A DNA stretch of 64,000 nucleotides from a virus (lineage: Duplodnaviria > Caudoviricetes): positions 96,001 through 160,000 of IMG/VR virus record IMGVR_UViG_3300028886_000036; one strand, written 5' to 3'. The notes under the pieces were generated by a model. The model saw only the letters and a program-made list of their open reading frames with translations. It was not told the origin of the DNA and searched no databases. The translations under genes were made by a program, and so were the position numbers. Positions 20,010 to 30,118 of this stretch are shown here, piece by piece. The number at the start of each line of letters is the position of its first letter. Within the stretch, counting starts at the first letter, position 1.

Positions 20010-20025
20010 TAAGGAGGTGTAACAT

Positions 20026-23000
20026 TTGCCCGAAAAATTAAAAGAAAACTTATATAACTATCCAAACAACCCTAATCCAATTAACCCAGATTATCCTTTA
20101 GAAGCTATTTTAACTGAAGCACATATGCAAAATACTATTACTTCAGATATGGTATCTATAGTAGCTGCAAAAGGAAAAATCCCTATTGGAAATCCAGAGG
20201 ATAGTTATAAACTTGATAGTAGTTGGTTGGGAATAGATCCTGATGCATCTTATGCAGTAGACGCTACTACCACTAGAAAAGGTATTATAGAAATAGCTAC
20301 AGAAGCTGAAGCTAAAACTGGTACAGACACAGAAAGGGCAGTTACTCCAGCGGGTGTTAAAGCTAGTATTTTACAAAACACTCCTAAAGCTACTACAGCA
20401 CAATCTGGCGTAGTTACATTAACTAATCTTATAGATAATTCTCAAGATAAAGCTGTTACACCATATGCTATACAAAACTATTTAAGCAGTAGTAATTTTT
20501 CAAAAGCTTCATATACTGGATATGGGATAACCAAATTTGCTAGCACTACAAATGTTGCAAAAGTATTAACTGATTCAGCTACTAAACCAATTAATACACT
20601 TAAAAATGATACTAACTATAAAGAACAAGCTGTAGATCCATATTCATTGTATAATTATGTTTCTAATAATACAATGTATTTTAATGTTAACAAACAGTCT
20701 GTTGGTGGTATTATTTTTAGAGATTTAAGTGAAGACGATACAGCTACTAGAGTAACTGCTACTGAAAGAGCTAGACTATACGTTAATAAAGATAATGGCA
20801 ACACTTATTTAAAAGTTAATGGCAGAACTGCTACACTTTTAGATAATGCAGGTAATAGCGCTTTTCCTGTAAGCATTACAGCAAGTACGTCTGTAATTAC
20901 TCCATTAATTAAACAGTCAAACGGTAATGCTCCTAAATTAGGAACTAAAAAAATTGGAGATACAAATAAGCCTATTTATATTGCTAGCGATGGAACTATA
21001 TCAGAATGTAATAATATAGATACTGTTAATAACGCTACTAACGCTACTAATGCCACTAATGCTGATAAGGCTATTAAAGACGGTAACGGTAATATAATTA
21101 CAAGTACTTATCTTCCATTAGCTGGTGGAACTATGACTGGGCCAATTAAGGCAAAAACAACTTTTACGGATGCTAACGGGGCAGAAAAAAGCCATACGTA
21201 TAGTATTATAGATTTTAAAACAAGTGGGACAACAGCTGGAAATAATGTTGCATTTGGTGGTAACAGTAACGCCATTTTTGGCTCTGGTGAGTCTTTTATA
21301 AATCAATTAAATGCATTAGACGGAGTTGAAGCTGAAGATCTTTATTTGGTGTCTGATGGAAATATCCATGTAAAGATGAGCGAAAACAACTTTGCTAATT
21401 GCAGAGAAATATTTATAGATAAAAAATATGGTCAGATAACTACACCTAGCAATATTTTAACTAAATCTCCTGCTGTAGTTAGAGGCACTGCTCCAAGCTC
21501 TAATATAGAATTTTCTACATTTGATTTTAGAGATTGTGGAACAAGTTCCGGTAATCATAGAATAGGATTAGTTTCCACAGTTTATAAAACAGATAAATCC
21601 TCTTATACTGGTATGTATGCGTACGATACCACAGTTGCTACAGGTAATTCACCAGCAGATTGGTGGTTAGGTATTGGTTGCGATAAAAATGCTAAAGTTT
21701 ATACTCACGCTCCAACACCAGCAGCTACATCAAATGATACTAATATAGCCACTACAGCATTTGTTAAAACAGCTATATCTAATAATAACTCTAGCTATTT
21801 GCCATTGGCTGGAGGAACTATGACTGGACAGATTACCTCAAGTGTATCTTCCGCTTATTGGGTTGATATAGCGGCAAAGAGTTCAATAATTGCTTCAAAT
21901 AATACTTCTGGGGCTTATGGATGGTTAAGTGGTTATACAAAGAGTTATAGAGTTATGCTTGGTGCGTATCCCGGAAACGACGAGATGATACAGCTTTATT
22001 CATATACTAAAGCAAGAGCATCTGCAGGCGGAAAAACTAATAATACACCAACTAGCTATTTTACTTGGAATGCTGCAACTGGAGAAATCAGAAATTCTGG
22101 AGGAGCAACACTTTCAAGTACATTAAACATTGCACCAGGCGCAGCTAATAATTACTCCGAAGGAATTAGAATACAAAAAGCTACTAATAATTGGGCAACT
22201 ATAGTATTAGGATGTAAAGCAGGGACTGTTAACGGCAATCCAGCAACTAATGGCGGATGGTTTATTGGTAATAATACTTCTAATCAACTTGTTATAAATA
22301 ATACAGATTCTAGCACTGGAAAAGCTTCTATTTGGATAGATACTGATAAAAAAGTAACTATGACTGGAGCATGTAATGTAGTAGGCACTATAACTCAAAA
22401 TGGAACTGCAGTGTCTCTAAACGGTCATACACATTCTTATGCCGCTTCAAATCATAGTCACAGTGATTATTTACCATTAGCTGGCGGAACTATGACTGGT
22501 AATATTACTAGAAAAAACACATCAGTCACTAGAGGAACAGCTCCATCTTCTAATCAATATATGTCAACATATTATCAAGATTCAAAGGGGAATGCCATAG
22601 GATGCTTTGAAAGTGGATACTATAAAGATAAATCCGCTAAAACAGGTATGTATACTTATAATACTACAGTAGCATCTGGAGGAAGCGTAGGAAGTGTAGG
22701 AGTAGGTTGTGATAAAAATGGTAATGTTTATACATGGGCACCTACACCAGCATCTGGAGATAATAGCACAAAAATAGCCACAACAGCATTTGTTAAATCC
22801 GCTTTAGCTTCTGTAAAAGATGAAGTAGTTTCTAAAAAAACTGGATACTTTTATATAGGTGATGTAATTATACAGTATGGATATTATAATGGTCAAAAAG
22901 GTGAAGGAGACCAATATAATAAAGATAAAAACGAAATTCAACTTTTAGTTCCCATAAAGACAGTATATAGCTTAATGGCTACTAGTAGATCTAGAATTAA

Positions 23001-23166
23001 TAGATGGGATAAGGGTGGATGCATGATTACTAACAATGAGCTTAGATACGATAAAAATGGAAAGTTAGTTGCTTTTAAAATTAGTTGTGGAGATTATCAA
23101 GGATCTAGGGCTGGTGATAATACCGATTGGGGAGCTTATTGGATGGTAATAGGAACTAATTCATAG
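20026..23166 (+). CDS. Tail fibre protein
   Basis: ATTTRKGIIEIAT...AVTP fibre repeat, YLPLAGGT repeats, C-terminal VIIQYG...YWMVIG tip domain. Confidence 0.8.
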   Translation: MPEKLKENLYNYPNNPNPINPDYPLEAILTEAHMQNTITSDMVSIVAAKGKIPIGNPEDSYKLDSSWLGIDPDASYAVDATTTRKGIIEIATEAEAKTGTDTERAVTPAGVKASILQNTPKATTAQSGVVTLTNLIDNSQDKAVTPYAIQNYLSSSNFSKASYTGYGITKFASTTNVAKVLTDSATKPINTLKNDTNYKEQAVDPYSLYNYVSNNTMYFNVNKQSVGGIIFRDLSEDDTATRVTATERARLYVNKDNGNTYLKVNGRTATLLDNAGNSAFPVSITASTSVITPLIKQSNGNAPKLGTKKIGDTNKPIYIASDGTISECNNIDTVNNATNATNATNADKAIKDGNGNIITSTYLPLAGGTMTGPIKAKTTFTDANGAEKSHTYSIIDFKTSGTTAGNNVAFGGNSNAIFGSGESFINQLNALDGVEAEDLYLVSDGNIHVKMSENNFANCREIFIDKKYGQITTPSNILTKSPAVVRGTAPSSNIEFSTFDFRDCGTSSGNHRIGLVSTVYKTDKSSYTGMYAYDTTVATGNSPADWWLGIGCDKNAKVYTHAPTPAATSNDTNIATTAFVKTAISNNNSSYLPLAGGTMTGQITSSVSSAYWVDIAAKSSIIASNNTSGAYGWLSGYTKSYRVMLGAYPGNDEMIQLYSYTKARASAGGKTNNTPTSYFTWNAATGEIRNSGGATLSSTLNIAPGAANNYSEGIRIQKATNNWATIVLGCKAGTVNGNPATNGGWFIGNNTSNQLVINNTDSSTGKASIWIDTDKKVTMTGACNVVGTITQNGTAVSLNGHTHSYAASNHSHSDYLPLAGGTMTGNITRKNTSVTRGTAPSSNQYMSTYYQDSKGNAIGCFESGYYKDKSAKTGMYTYNTTVASGGSVGSVGVGCDKNGNVYTWAPTPASGDNSTKIATTAFVKSALASVKDEVVSKKTGYFYIGDVIIQYGYYNGQKGEGDQYNKDKNEIQLLVPIKTVYSLMATSRSRINRWDKGGCMITNNELRYDKNGKLVAFKISCGDYQGSRAGDNTDWGAYWMVIGTNS

Positions 23167-23179
23167 GAGGTGAACAATC

Positions 23180-26100
23180 ATAGCTATTAAAACCGAATCT
23201 TCAAAAAGCATAAAATACAAACTTACTGAAGCTTATTTAGATAAAGTACTTACTACTGACAATATTGCATATGAAGCTAGTGATGTTACATTACCTGTAG
23301 CTGAAAACAATAAAGTAGTAGTTACCAACGATTATGGATTAGTAGATTATTCTTTTATAGAACCATACACCACTAGTGTATATGATACTGATACAGATAC
23401 ATCTATAGTAGTTACAAGTGGCGATACAGGAAGAATAAACAACTCATTGTTAAATACTACTAATTCTAAAACTAATGGAGCTAATAAAGTTGTTGTAACA
23501 GATAATGCTGGTTTAATAAATTATAACTTATTAAAAGCTTCTACTACTCCAACAGCAAGTTATATACCAATAGCAAATTCATCAAATAAACTTGATAATA
23601 ATTGGTTAAACAATGTTGTAAGTTCTAGTGGCGCTACTGATAAAAGTAAGTTTGTATTAACTAATTCTAGTGGTAAAATTAATAACAACTTATTAAATAC
23701 TACTACAACTCCAACTGCATCTTCTATTCCATTGAGTGATTCAAATGGTAAAATAAATGATGCTTGGTTAACTACTACAGTAACTTCTACACCTAATACA
23801 ATAGTTAAGTTGGATTCTACTGGAAAGTTAGATGCTTCATTAATTAAAACCGGGTTGTTCATCCCAATGACTGGTGGAGAACCTAGTGGTAATATTTTAG
23901 TAACTAGACCGGGAGATAGTGCTAATAAATCTTTAGATAATCTTAAATCTAAATATCCAAATTTCTACGGGTTTGGTGCTAATTCATATACAGATGGATT
24001 TTTAATCGGTTTAGATGGTTCTAGTAACTCTAATAATTATTTAGTAATAGCTACATTAGACGATGGTAATGAGCCAATTTATGTTAGACAATATGGTGGT
24101 ACACAAGGCTATCTAAATATGGCTAATAATGTAGCACATGAATTAACTTTAATGGATAAAGATGGATATACATCAGTTTTAAAGTTAACTTCTGCTAATG
24201 ATATTATTAGTACTAACGGAGGACTATCTGTTAAAAGTAACATTACATCAACTAATGGAAACTTATCAATAAATGGCACTTCTAGTTTAAAAGGAAATGT
24301 TAGTGTTGGAGAATCTACTTCAAAACCTGCCAATTTAACTGTATATGGTACAGGATATTTTGTTAGAACTACAGATGCTGCTGGAGCAACTAATAATAAA
24401 CCTGCTTTAATAGTTGGTGGTTTAGACACAGCTATGCATCTTGAGCTTGATGGTAATGAAATTCAAGCCAAGGCAGATGGAACTAACTATGGCACAATAG
24501 GTATTAATATTGATGGTGGAAATGTTTCTGTTGGTAATGATGATAAAAATTCAACAGTTACTTTAAGAAAAAACACAACTATAACTGGAACTGGTACTAT
24601 AGCCGGTAATACAACAATTGGCAATGACAATTCTAAAAGCACCCTTAAAGTATTTGGTGGGGTTACAGCAGATAATGGTTTAACTGTTAATAATGCTGTA
24701 TTAACTGCTAATAAGGGTGCTACTATTAAGGGCGCTGTACTTGATGCTCAAGCTGGAACTAAAACTACTACATTAAATGCTACTGGTGCTGCCACTTTAG
24801 GAAGTACTTTAAGTGTTACTGGTGCTAGTACATTAACTGGGGCTGTAGAAGCTAAAAACGGTATAAATGTAACTGGAGGTAATATTACAATTACTGCTGG
24901 TGCAAGTACAACTAGCGGTATTGCGAATTATATTAGGGGGCAAACTGCTGCTAATGACCATTGGAGAATTGCTGGAGGTGCTACGGCATCTAATTCTGGT
25001 TATCTAGAATTAGCTACTGCAGATGATTCAACAGAGCCAATTCATATTAGACAATATAGTGGAGATTTTGCTACTCTTAAACGCACTGCGACTTTGCTAG
25101 ACGGTTCTGGCAATACTACATTCCCAGGAACAGTAACTGCAGGAGGGTTATCAACTACTGGGGCAGTTTCTGTTGGCTCTCTAAAATCAACCGGCTTAGT
25201 AGAAGCTGGTAGCATGAAAAGCAATGGTACCTTTTCAGCCAGTGGCAATACAACTATTGGTGGTACTTTAGGAGTTACTGGAGCTACTACGTTAAGTAAT
25301 ACTTTAACAGTTACTAAATCTACTACATTAAACGATTCATTAACTGTATCAAAAGCTACTACTATTGGAGGATTACTTACTGCTAATGGTCATATAATTA
25401 TACCTAATGGTGGAAATGTTGTAAGTGCATCTTATAATAGTCCCCATTTAACATTAGGGTCAAGTACAGGAACACATATCGAAATAGATAATAATGAAAT
25501 AGCAGCTAAAGCAAGCGCTTCTGATGTTGGTGTTTTATATCTTCAAGATGGCGGTGGTAGTGTTAAGATTGGCGGTGGAGAAGGTACTGCCGACTTACAA
25601 GTATGTGGTAAGGTTCTTATAGATAATGGAAAAACTTTGAATATGAGAGCCGAAGATGGTAGTGAAAGAGTAGTCCTTAGAATATCTAGAACTGGCGGTC
25701 ATGGTGGTGGTGGTGACGATGTATTTTTAACCGGCGGCGGCAATATGACAGCTATATTTAGCGGAGATGCGTATGGTGACTGGTCTTCTTACGTTAATAA
25801 TAATTCTTTAGCTACTATTGAAGCAGAAGGATTATGGTCTGTTAAAGCTGCTGAGGAAAAGGATGCCAATGGTAATACAGTCATTAATAAGTATGTAGTA
25901 GGTGTTGGTAATGGTAAAGGTGGATATAGTGATGATTTATATTTAATGGCTGATAAAGACCTTATTATTCAAACTTGTATACATAAGTTTGATAGTCAAG
26001 CATCTGGATATTTTGGATATAAAAATAGAAAAAGTTTTGTGTTTGGTAATAGCGGTAATTTAACAGTTCCAGGTGTTGTAAAGTGTAATAATGGTTCAGC

Positions 26101-26374
26101 AGAGTTATTATCCGCTACTAAAGGAACAAATTATACAAAATTATCTAATGGTTTGATTATTCAATGGGGGTCTGGAGTCGAAAAGGGATCGGATCAAATA
26201 ATATCATTTCCAGTAGCGTTTAGTAACACTAAATATCAAGTTGTAATAGCTGCTACTGACTCATATGGCGGAGCTGACCCAACTTACGTAAAGTCTAAAG
26301 CTACAACAGGATTTTATGCTAGTAACGATTATTGGAGCAACATGACAATATATTGGATTGCTATAGGATATTAG
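23180..26374 (+). CDS. Tail fibre protein; probable ATA start at 23180
   Basis: In-frame ATA 6 nt after GGAGGTGA, open into the ORF at 23447; extension resembles the N-terminus of 26392; C-terminal LSNGLIIQWG...YWIAIGY tip domain. Confidence 0.8.
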   Translation: MAIKTESSKSIKYKLTEAYLDKVLTTDNIAYEASDVTLPVAENNKVVVTNDYGLVDYSFIEPYTTSVYDTDTDTSIVVTSGDTGRINNSLLNTTNSKTNGANKVVVTDNAGLINYNLLKASTTPTASYIPIANSSNKLDNNWLNNVVSSSGATDKSKFVLTNSSGKINNNLLNTTTTPTASSIPLSDSNGKINDAWLTTTVTSTPNTIVKLDSTGKLDASLIKTGLFIPMTGGEPSGNILVTRPGDSANKSLDNLKSKYPNFYGFGANSYTDGFLIGLDGSSNSNNYLVIATLDDGNEPIYVRQYGGTQGYLNMANNVAHELTLMDKDGYTSVLKLTSANDIISTNGGLSVKSNITSTNGNLSINGTSSLKGNVSVGESTSKPANLTVYGTGYFVRTTDAAGATNNKPALIVGGLDTAMHLELDGNEIQAKADGTNYGTIGINIDGGNVSVGNDDKNSTVTLRKNTTITGTGTIAGNTTIGNDNSKSTLKVFGGVTADNGLTVNNAVLTANKGATIKGAVLDAQAGTKTTTLNATGAATLGSTLSVTGASTLTGAVEAKNGINVTGGNITITAGASTTSGIANYIRGQTAANDHWRIAGGATASNSGYLELATADDSTEPIHIRQYSGDFATLKRTATLLDGSGNTTFPGTVTAGGLSTTGAVSVGSLKSTGLVEAGSMKSNGTFSASGNTTIGGTLGVTGATTLSNTLTVTKSTTLNDSLTVSKATTIGGLLTANGHIIIPNGGNVVSASYNSPHLTLGSSTGTHIEIDNNEIAAKASASDVGVLYLQDGGGSVKIGGGEGTADLQVCGKVLIDNGKTLNMRAEDGSERVVLRISRTGGHGGGGDDVFLTGGGNMTAIFSGDAYGDWSSYVNNNSLATIEAEGLWSVKAAEEKDANGNTVINKYVVGVGNGKGGYSDDLYLMADKDLIIQTCIHKFDSQASGYFGYKNRKSFVFGNSGNLTVPGVVKCNNGSAELLSATKGTNYTKLSNGLIIQWGSGVEKGSDQIISFPVAFSNTKYQVVIAATDSYGGADPTYVKSKATTGFYASNDYWSNMTIYWIAIGY

Positions 26375-26391
26375 TTTGAAGGTGATAACAA

Positions 26392-27144
26392 ATGGCTATA
26401 TTACAACCTAAAAATAAACCTACTAATCATATTCTTAAAGAAGAATGGTTAGATACAGTATTAACTATATCTGATACTGGAGATGCTGGAACACCAGAAG
26501 TATTAGTTGATTCCGATATTAATGGTAAAATTTCAGATAACTGGTTAAATGTTACCAAACAGAAGGTAACTACCTCAAGTAGTAATTATGATAGAAATGC
26601 TTCTGGTTATCTTGTAAAAGTTAATTTAAACAGCACAATAGATCCATCATTATTAAACTTATATCATTCAAATAGTAATACAGCAATAGTCAATTTAGAT
26701 TCAAATGGTCAAATACCGTTAAGTCTAATACCAAGTTCTACCTCTGGAGGAATTAGTGGAAGATTTGTAGAAACTAATTCAGATGGTAAAATTGACTATA
26801 GCTTTTTATCTATAACTGCAGATGTATTAGCAAATACTATAGTTAAAACAGATACTGATGGGTATATTAAAAGAAGTTTATTAGATATAACTAGAATAAT
26901 TAGAGTACTTAAAGTTACTGTTTCAGCTAATGCTAATTATAAGATTAATGATACTTCACAAAATTCTAACGCTAATTCTAGTGAAACTTTAAAGATACCT
27001 GAAAATAGAAAAGATCTATATGTATTTCACAATGGAATGCTTTTGATGGAGAATACCGACTATACACTTGCTACTAATGGTACATTTACATTTACAAATG
27101 GGTTATCAAACGGAGATGTTTTACAAATCATAGCCCTGAACTAG
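26392..27144 (+). CDS. Virion/fibre-associated protein
   Basis: V-x-D-x-NG-K-I-D-x-S-x-L repeats as in 23180; VFHNGMLL...DYT domain as in 7269. Confidence 0.7.
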   Translation: MAILQPKNKPTNHILKEEWLDTVLTISDTGDAGTPEVLVDSDINGKISDNWLNVTKQKVTTSSSNYDRNASGYLVKVNLNSTIDPSLLNLYHSNSNTAIVNLDSNGQIPLSLIPSSTSGGISGRFVETNSDGKIDYSFLSITADVLANTIVKTDTDGYIKRSLLDITRIIRVLKVTVSANANYKINDTSQNSNANSSETLKIPENRKDLYVFHNGMLLMENTDYTLATNGTFTFTNGLSNGDVLQIIALN

Positions 27145-27159
27145 TGAAGAAAATAATTC

Positions 27160-27176
27160 TGAACAAATATTAGAGA
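27160..27176 (+). promoter_or_regulatory. Candidate phage late-promoter motif
   Basis: TGAACAAATATTAGAGA. Confidence 0.55.
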
Positions 27177-27244
27177 TAGTGAAGTATACTCCAGACTACT
27201 CTATTATCTCTAATACCTATCTTTTAAAATAAAGGAGGTGAGGA

Positions 27245-29194
27245 GTGCTGGCTTATACATATAAAGGAATACAAAATGTTACTAACCAGAATGTAGACCC
27301 TACTAATAAAACATATTTTATAGAGCATGCTGAAACATCGGCTAATCAAGTTATAGTAAATCAAGAAAGAAATATTAGACTTAATGAAGTATTAGCAGAC
27401 TTAGAAACCAGATTATCTGGTGATTCTATGTTACCTTCTCAAGCCGGTAATAGTGGTAAGTTTTTAACTACAAATGGATCATCTATGAGGTGGGCAGTTG
27501 TTGATGCCTTGCCTTCACAAACTAATAATGATGGTAAGATATTATATACTAATGGTACTAATTCTTATTGGGCTACTCCATTAGCTTTAACCTCTACAGA
27601 ATATCCAAAAGTATCTGTTGATAGTATAGGTTCCTATGGAAGTAGTAATGAAGCTGCTAGAGCAGATCATAGACATCCAATACCTGTTTATCATTTAGAA
27701 AGTTATAGCGTAGCTATTGGCGGAGAAACTGAAATGTATTTAACTGAACAACAGTATCCATCAAATGATAGACCTGTTGGATTCCATTTATATAGGAATG
27801 GGTTATTATTAACTCCAGATGTAGACTATACATTTGATGTTACTAATAGAAAGATTACATTTCAGAAAGCTTGTGAAGCTAGAGAAAATATTATTATAGT
27901 ATTAGGATATTTGCAAGGATATAATTCTCAGCAAACAGAGAGTAATATAGAGAATATATTAAATCAGATTTTAACTACTACAGATTTGCCATTGATGGAT
28001 GGAGAAGTTGCTATTGGTAATTCTACTAAAGCAGCTAATGCATTACACAGGCATCCTACAGATACTAGTAGAGCTCCTATATTCTCACCAAATTTTACAG
28101 GAACTCCTACATTAACTACTTCTCCAGGTCTTAATGATAATTCAAATAAAATAGCTACTACAGCATATGTAATGAATCAATTTGATCATTACAGTAGTAA
28201 TGTTGTTGATAATATCATACCAGATCAGACAGGTAAAGCTAATCTAGTTTTATCTACTGATGGAGAACATTTAAGATGGGTTCAAAATAAAAGTGCTCAA
28301 GAGCTTCCTGATTATAGTACTGCAACTTCAGGAGATGTTTTAGGTATCGATGAAGAAGGTCATCTTCATTGGACTGAAGTATCTTCACCCACTGGAATTC
28401 CAGATACTATTACAGCAGAAGCTAATGAAGTATTATCGTTAGATAGTAATAAAGAACCGATATGGAGACCTATATTAGAAATTCCTAGTATTTCACCACA
28501 GTTGCATGATAAAGTTCTTAGTAATGATGGATATGAATTATTTTGGAAGGATAATCCAAAGTTAAATGTTACATCAACAGTTGTTCCTGCTAATAGTGCT
28601 CCTAGAGCATATATTGGAGTTTCAGAAGAAGCTGCTAGAGCTGACCATGTGCATTTAAGTGATGAAACAAAGGCTGATATAGATTCACCTGAATTTACAG
28701 GCACTCCAACATCACCTACACCTAGTTTAAATGATAATTCCACTAAACTTGCTACAACAGAATTTGTTAATAGTAAAATTTCAAGCAGTGTTACAGAACT
28801 ACTTAATACTATAGATTATGATAATTTTATATTAAATGATGATTCAAGAGTTAGAACACTGACCAATGTTGTAGAAAAACTACAAGATCTTGGTAATCTT
28901 GATGAAACTATAAATGAAGTTACTATTGACTGGAGTTTGGGCAATGTTGCACAGTTAATGTGTACCAATAACCTTAGTATTAACTTTGAAGTTAATAGTA
29001 CTCAAAATAGCAATTTTAGAGAAGTTACACTTATTTTATATGCTGCTGATAGCTATATGATTGAATGGCCAGAAAATGTTCACTGGAACGATGTGAATGC
29101 ACCCACATTTGAGACAGTGATGTCTATAATTAAGTTTGTTACTATGAATAATGGTGACGAATGGTATGGAAGTGTATTTGGTAACTTCAATTAA
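27245..29194 (+). CDS. Tail fibre-like protein
   Basis: AARADH-x-H, SP-x-FTGTPT and DNS-x-K-x-ATT motifs; C-terminal W-YG domain like 7731. Confidence 0.75.
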   Translation: MLAYTYKGIQNVTNQNVDPTNKTYFIEHAETSANQVIVNQERNIRLNEVLADLETRLSGDSMLPSQAGNSGKFLTTNGSSMRWAVVDALPSQTNNDGKILYTNGTNSYWATPLALTSTEYPKVSVDSIGSYGSSNEAARADHRHPIPVYHLESYSVAIGGETEMYLTEQQYPSNDRPVGFHLYRNGLLLTPDVDYTFDVTNRKITFQKACEARENIIIVLGYLQGYNSQQTESNIENILNQILTTTDLPLMDGEVAIGNSTKAANALHRHPTDTSRAPIFSPNFTGTPTLTTSPGLNDNSNKIATTAYVMNQFDHYSSNVVDNIIPDQTGKANLVLSTDGEHLRWVQNKSAQELPDYSTATSGDVLGIDEEGHLHWTEVSSPTGIPDTITAEANEVLSLDSNKEPIWRPILEIPSISPQLHDKVLSNDGYELFWKDNPKLNVTSTVVPANSAPRAYIGVSEEAARADHVHLSDETKADIDSPEFTGTPTSPTPSLNDNSTKLATTEFVNSKISSSVTELLNTIDYDNFILNDDSRVRTLTNVVEKLQDLGNLDETINEVTIDWSLGNVAQLMCTNNLSINFEVNSTQNSNFREVTLILYAADSYMIEWPENVHWNDVNAPTFETVMSIIKFVTMNNGDEWYGSVFGNFN

Positions 29195-29200
29195 AAGCTA

Positions 29201-29228
29201 TTGACAAGTGAGATAAAACTGTTATAAT
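29201..29228 (+). promoter_or_regulatory. Consensus SigA/sigma70-type promoter
   Basis: TTGACA-16 nt-TATAAT with extended -10 TGn. Confidence 0.75.
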
Positions 29229-29257
29229 AACAAGTAATCTCAAAAAAGAAAGGTCGT

Positions 29258-30067
29258 ATGTTTATGATTAGAGTTAAGCTTAGTGTTCCAGAAGTTGAAG
29301 ATCCTATTTTTGACGATGAAGTTACTATGAACAATATCGAAGACTTTGAAAAAAAGTTTGACGAAATGAATGTCTATGATAGCTTCAAAGGTTATAAAGA
29401 TAGGATAAGAAATGATGTGGAAAAAGATGATGGGCTTTACAATAAAGAATATGATATTACTAGAAATAGTTTCCATAGTAAGATGACTACAAATCTTAAA
29501 AAAGAAGAGATTTCTGAAAAGGATAAGAAGTTCCTTCAGCAGTGCAAGGAAAGTGATCTTTTTAAGAAAGCACCTAAAGAAGTTATGGATTTTCTTAATA
29601 GCTTGGACAATATTAAGTTGCCAGAAATTGATCCTAATGAAGAAATTTCATTCTGGGTTACTTATCAGGCTACATTCTTAACTGAGCTGTACTCACCAGA
29701 GTTTTTTAAGAGAAATCCTAATGAAGTCATTGACAATATAGATGATCTTTCAATTAAGATTGCTATTCCTAGATCTGAATTAAACACTAAAGATGCTTTT
29801 GGATTAGTTAAAAAGAAGTTTGTAAATGCACTGTTTACTACACTTAATATTGATCCAAATACTCTTGGTGAAGATTTTAAGGATTCTTTCTTGGCTAAAA
29901 CTGGTATTATCTATTTAGACATTATTGGCGTTGATCTTACTAGAGCTACTAGAGAGAAATGTATTGATGATAGTGATGTAGATGAATTTATTAAGAATCT
30001 CTATGATGAGATGACTAAAGATACTGATATCATTACTTATAGAAATATTGTGGGATTGATTAACTAA
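29258..30067 (+). CDS. Hypothetical protein (probably early-expressed)
   Basis: 269 aa with its own promoter and terminator. Confidence 0.75.
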   Translation: MFMIRVKLSVPEVEDPIFDDEVTMNNIEDFEKKFDEMNVYDSFKGYKDRIRNDVEKDDGLYNKEYDITRNSFHSKMTTNLKKEEISEKDKKFLQQCKESDLFKKAPKEVMDFLNSLDNIKLPEIDPNEEISFWVTYQATFLTELYSPEFFKRNPNEVIDNIDDLSIKIAIPRSELNTKDAFGLVKKKFVNALFTTLNIDPNTLGEDFKDSFLAKTGIIYLDIIGVDLTRATREKCIDDSDVDEFIKNLYDEMTKDTDIITYRNIVGLIN

Positions 30068-30069
30068 TA

Positions 30070-30110
30070 ATAAAACCCCTCCTCATTTTTAAGTGAGAAG
30101 GGGATTTTAT
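30070..30110. terminator. Bidirectional terminator
   Basis: ATAAAACCCCTCCTCA...TGAGAAGGGGATTTTAT between convergent genes. Confidence 0.7.
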
Positions 30111-30118
30111 TATCCTAA

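Noticed and set aside
7731-29194. Diversity-generating retroelement or invertase-driven fibre switching
   Set aside because: No reverse transcriptase, recombinase, TR/VR pair or inverted fibre cassette seen in this window.
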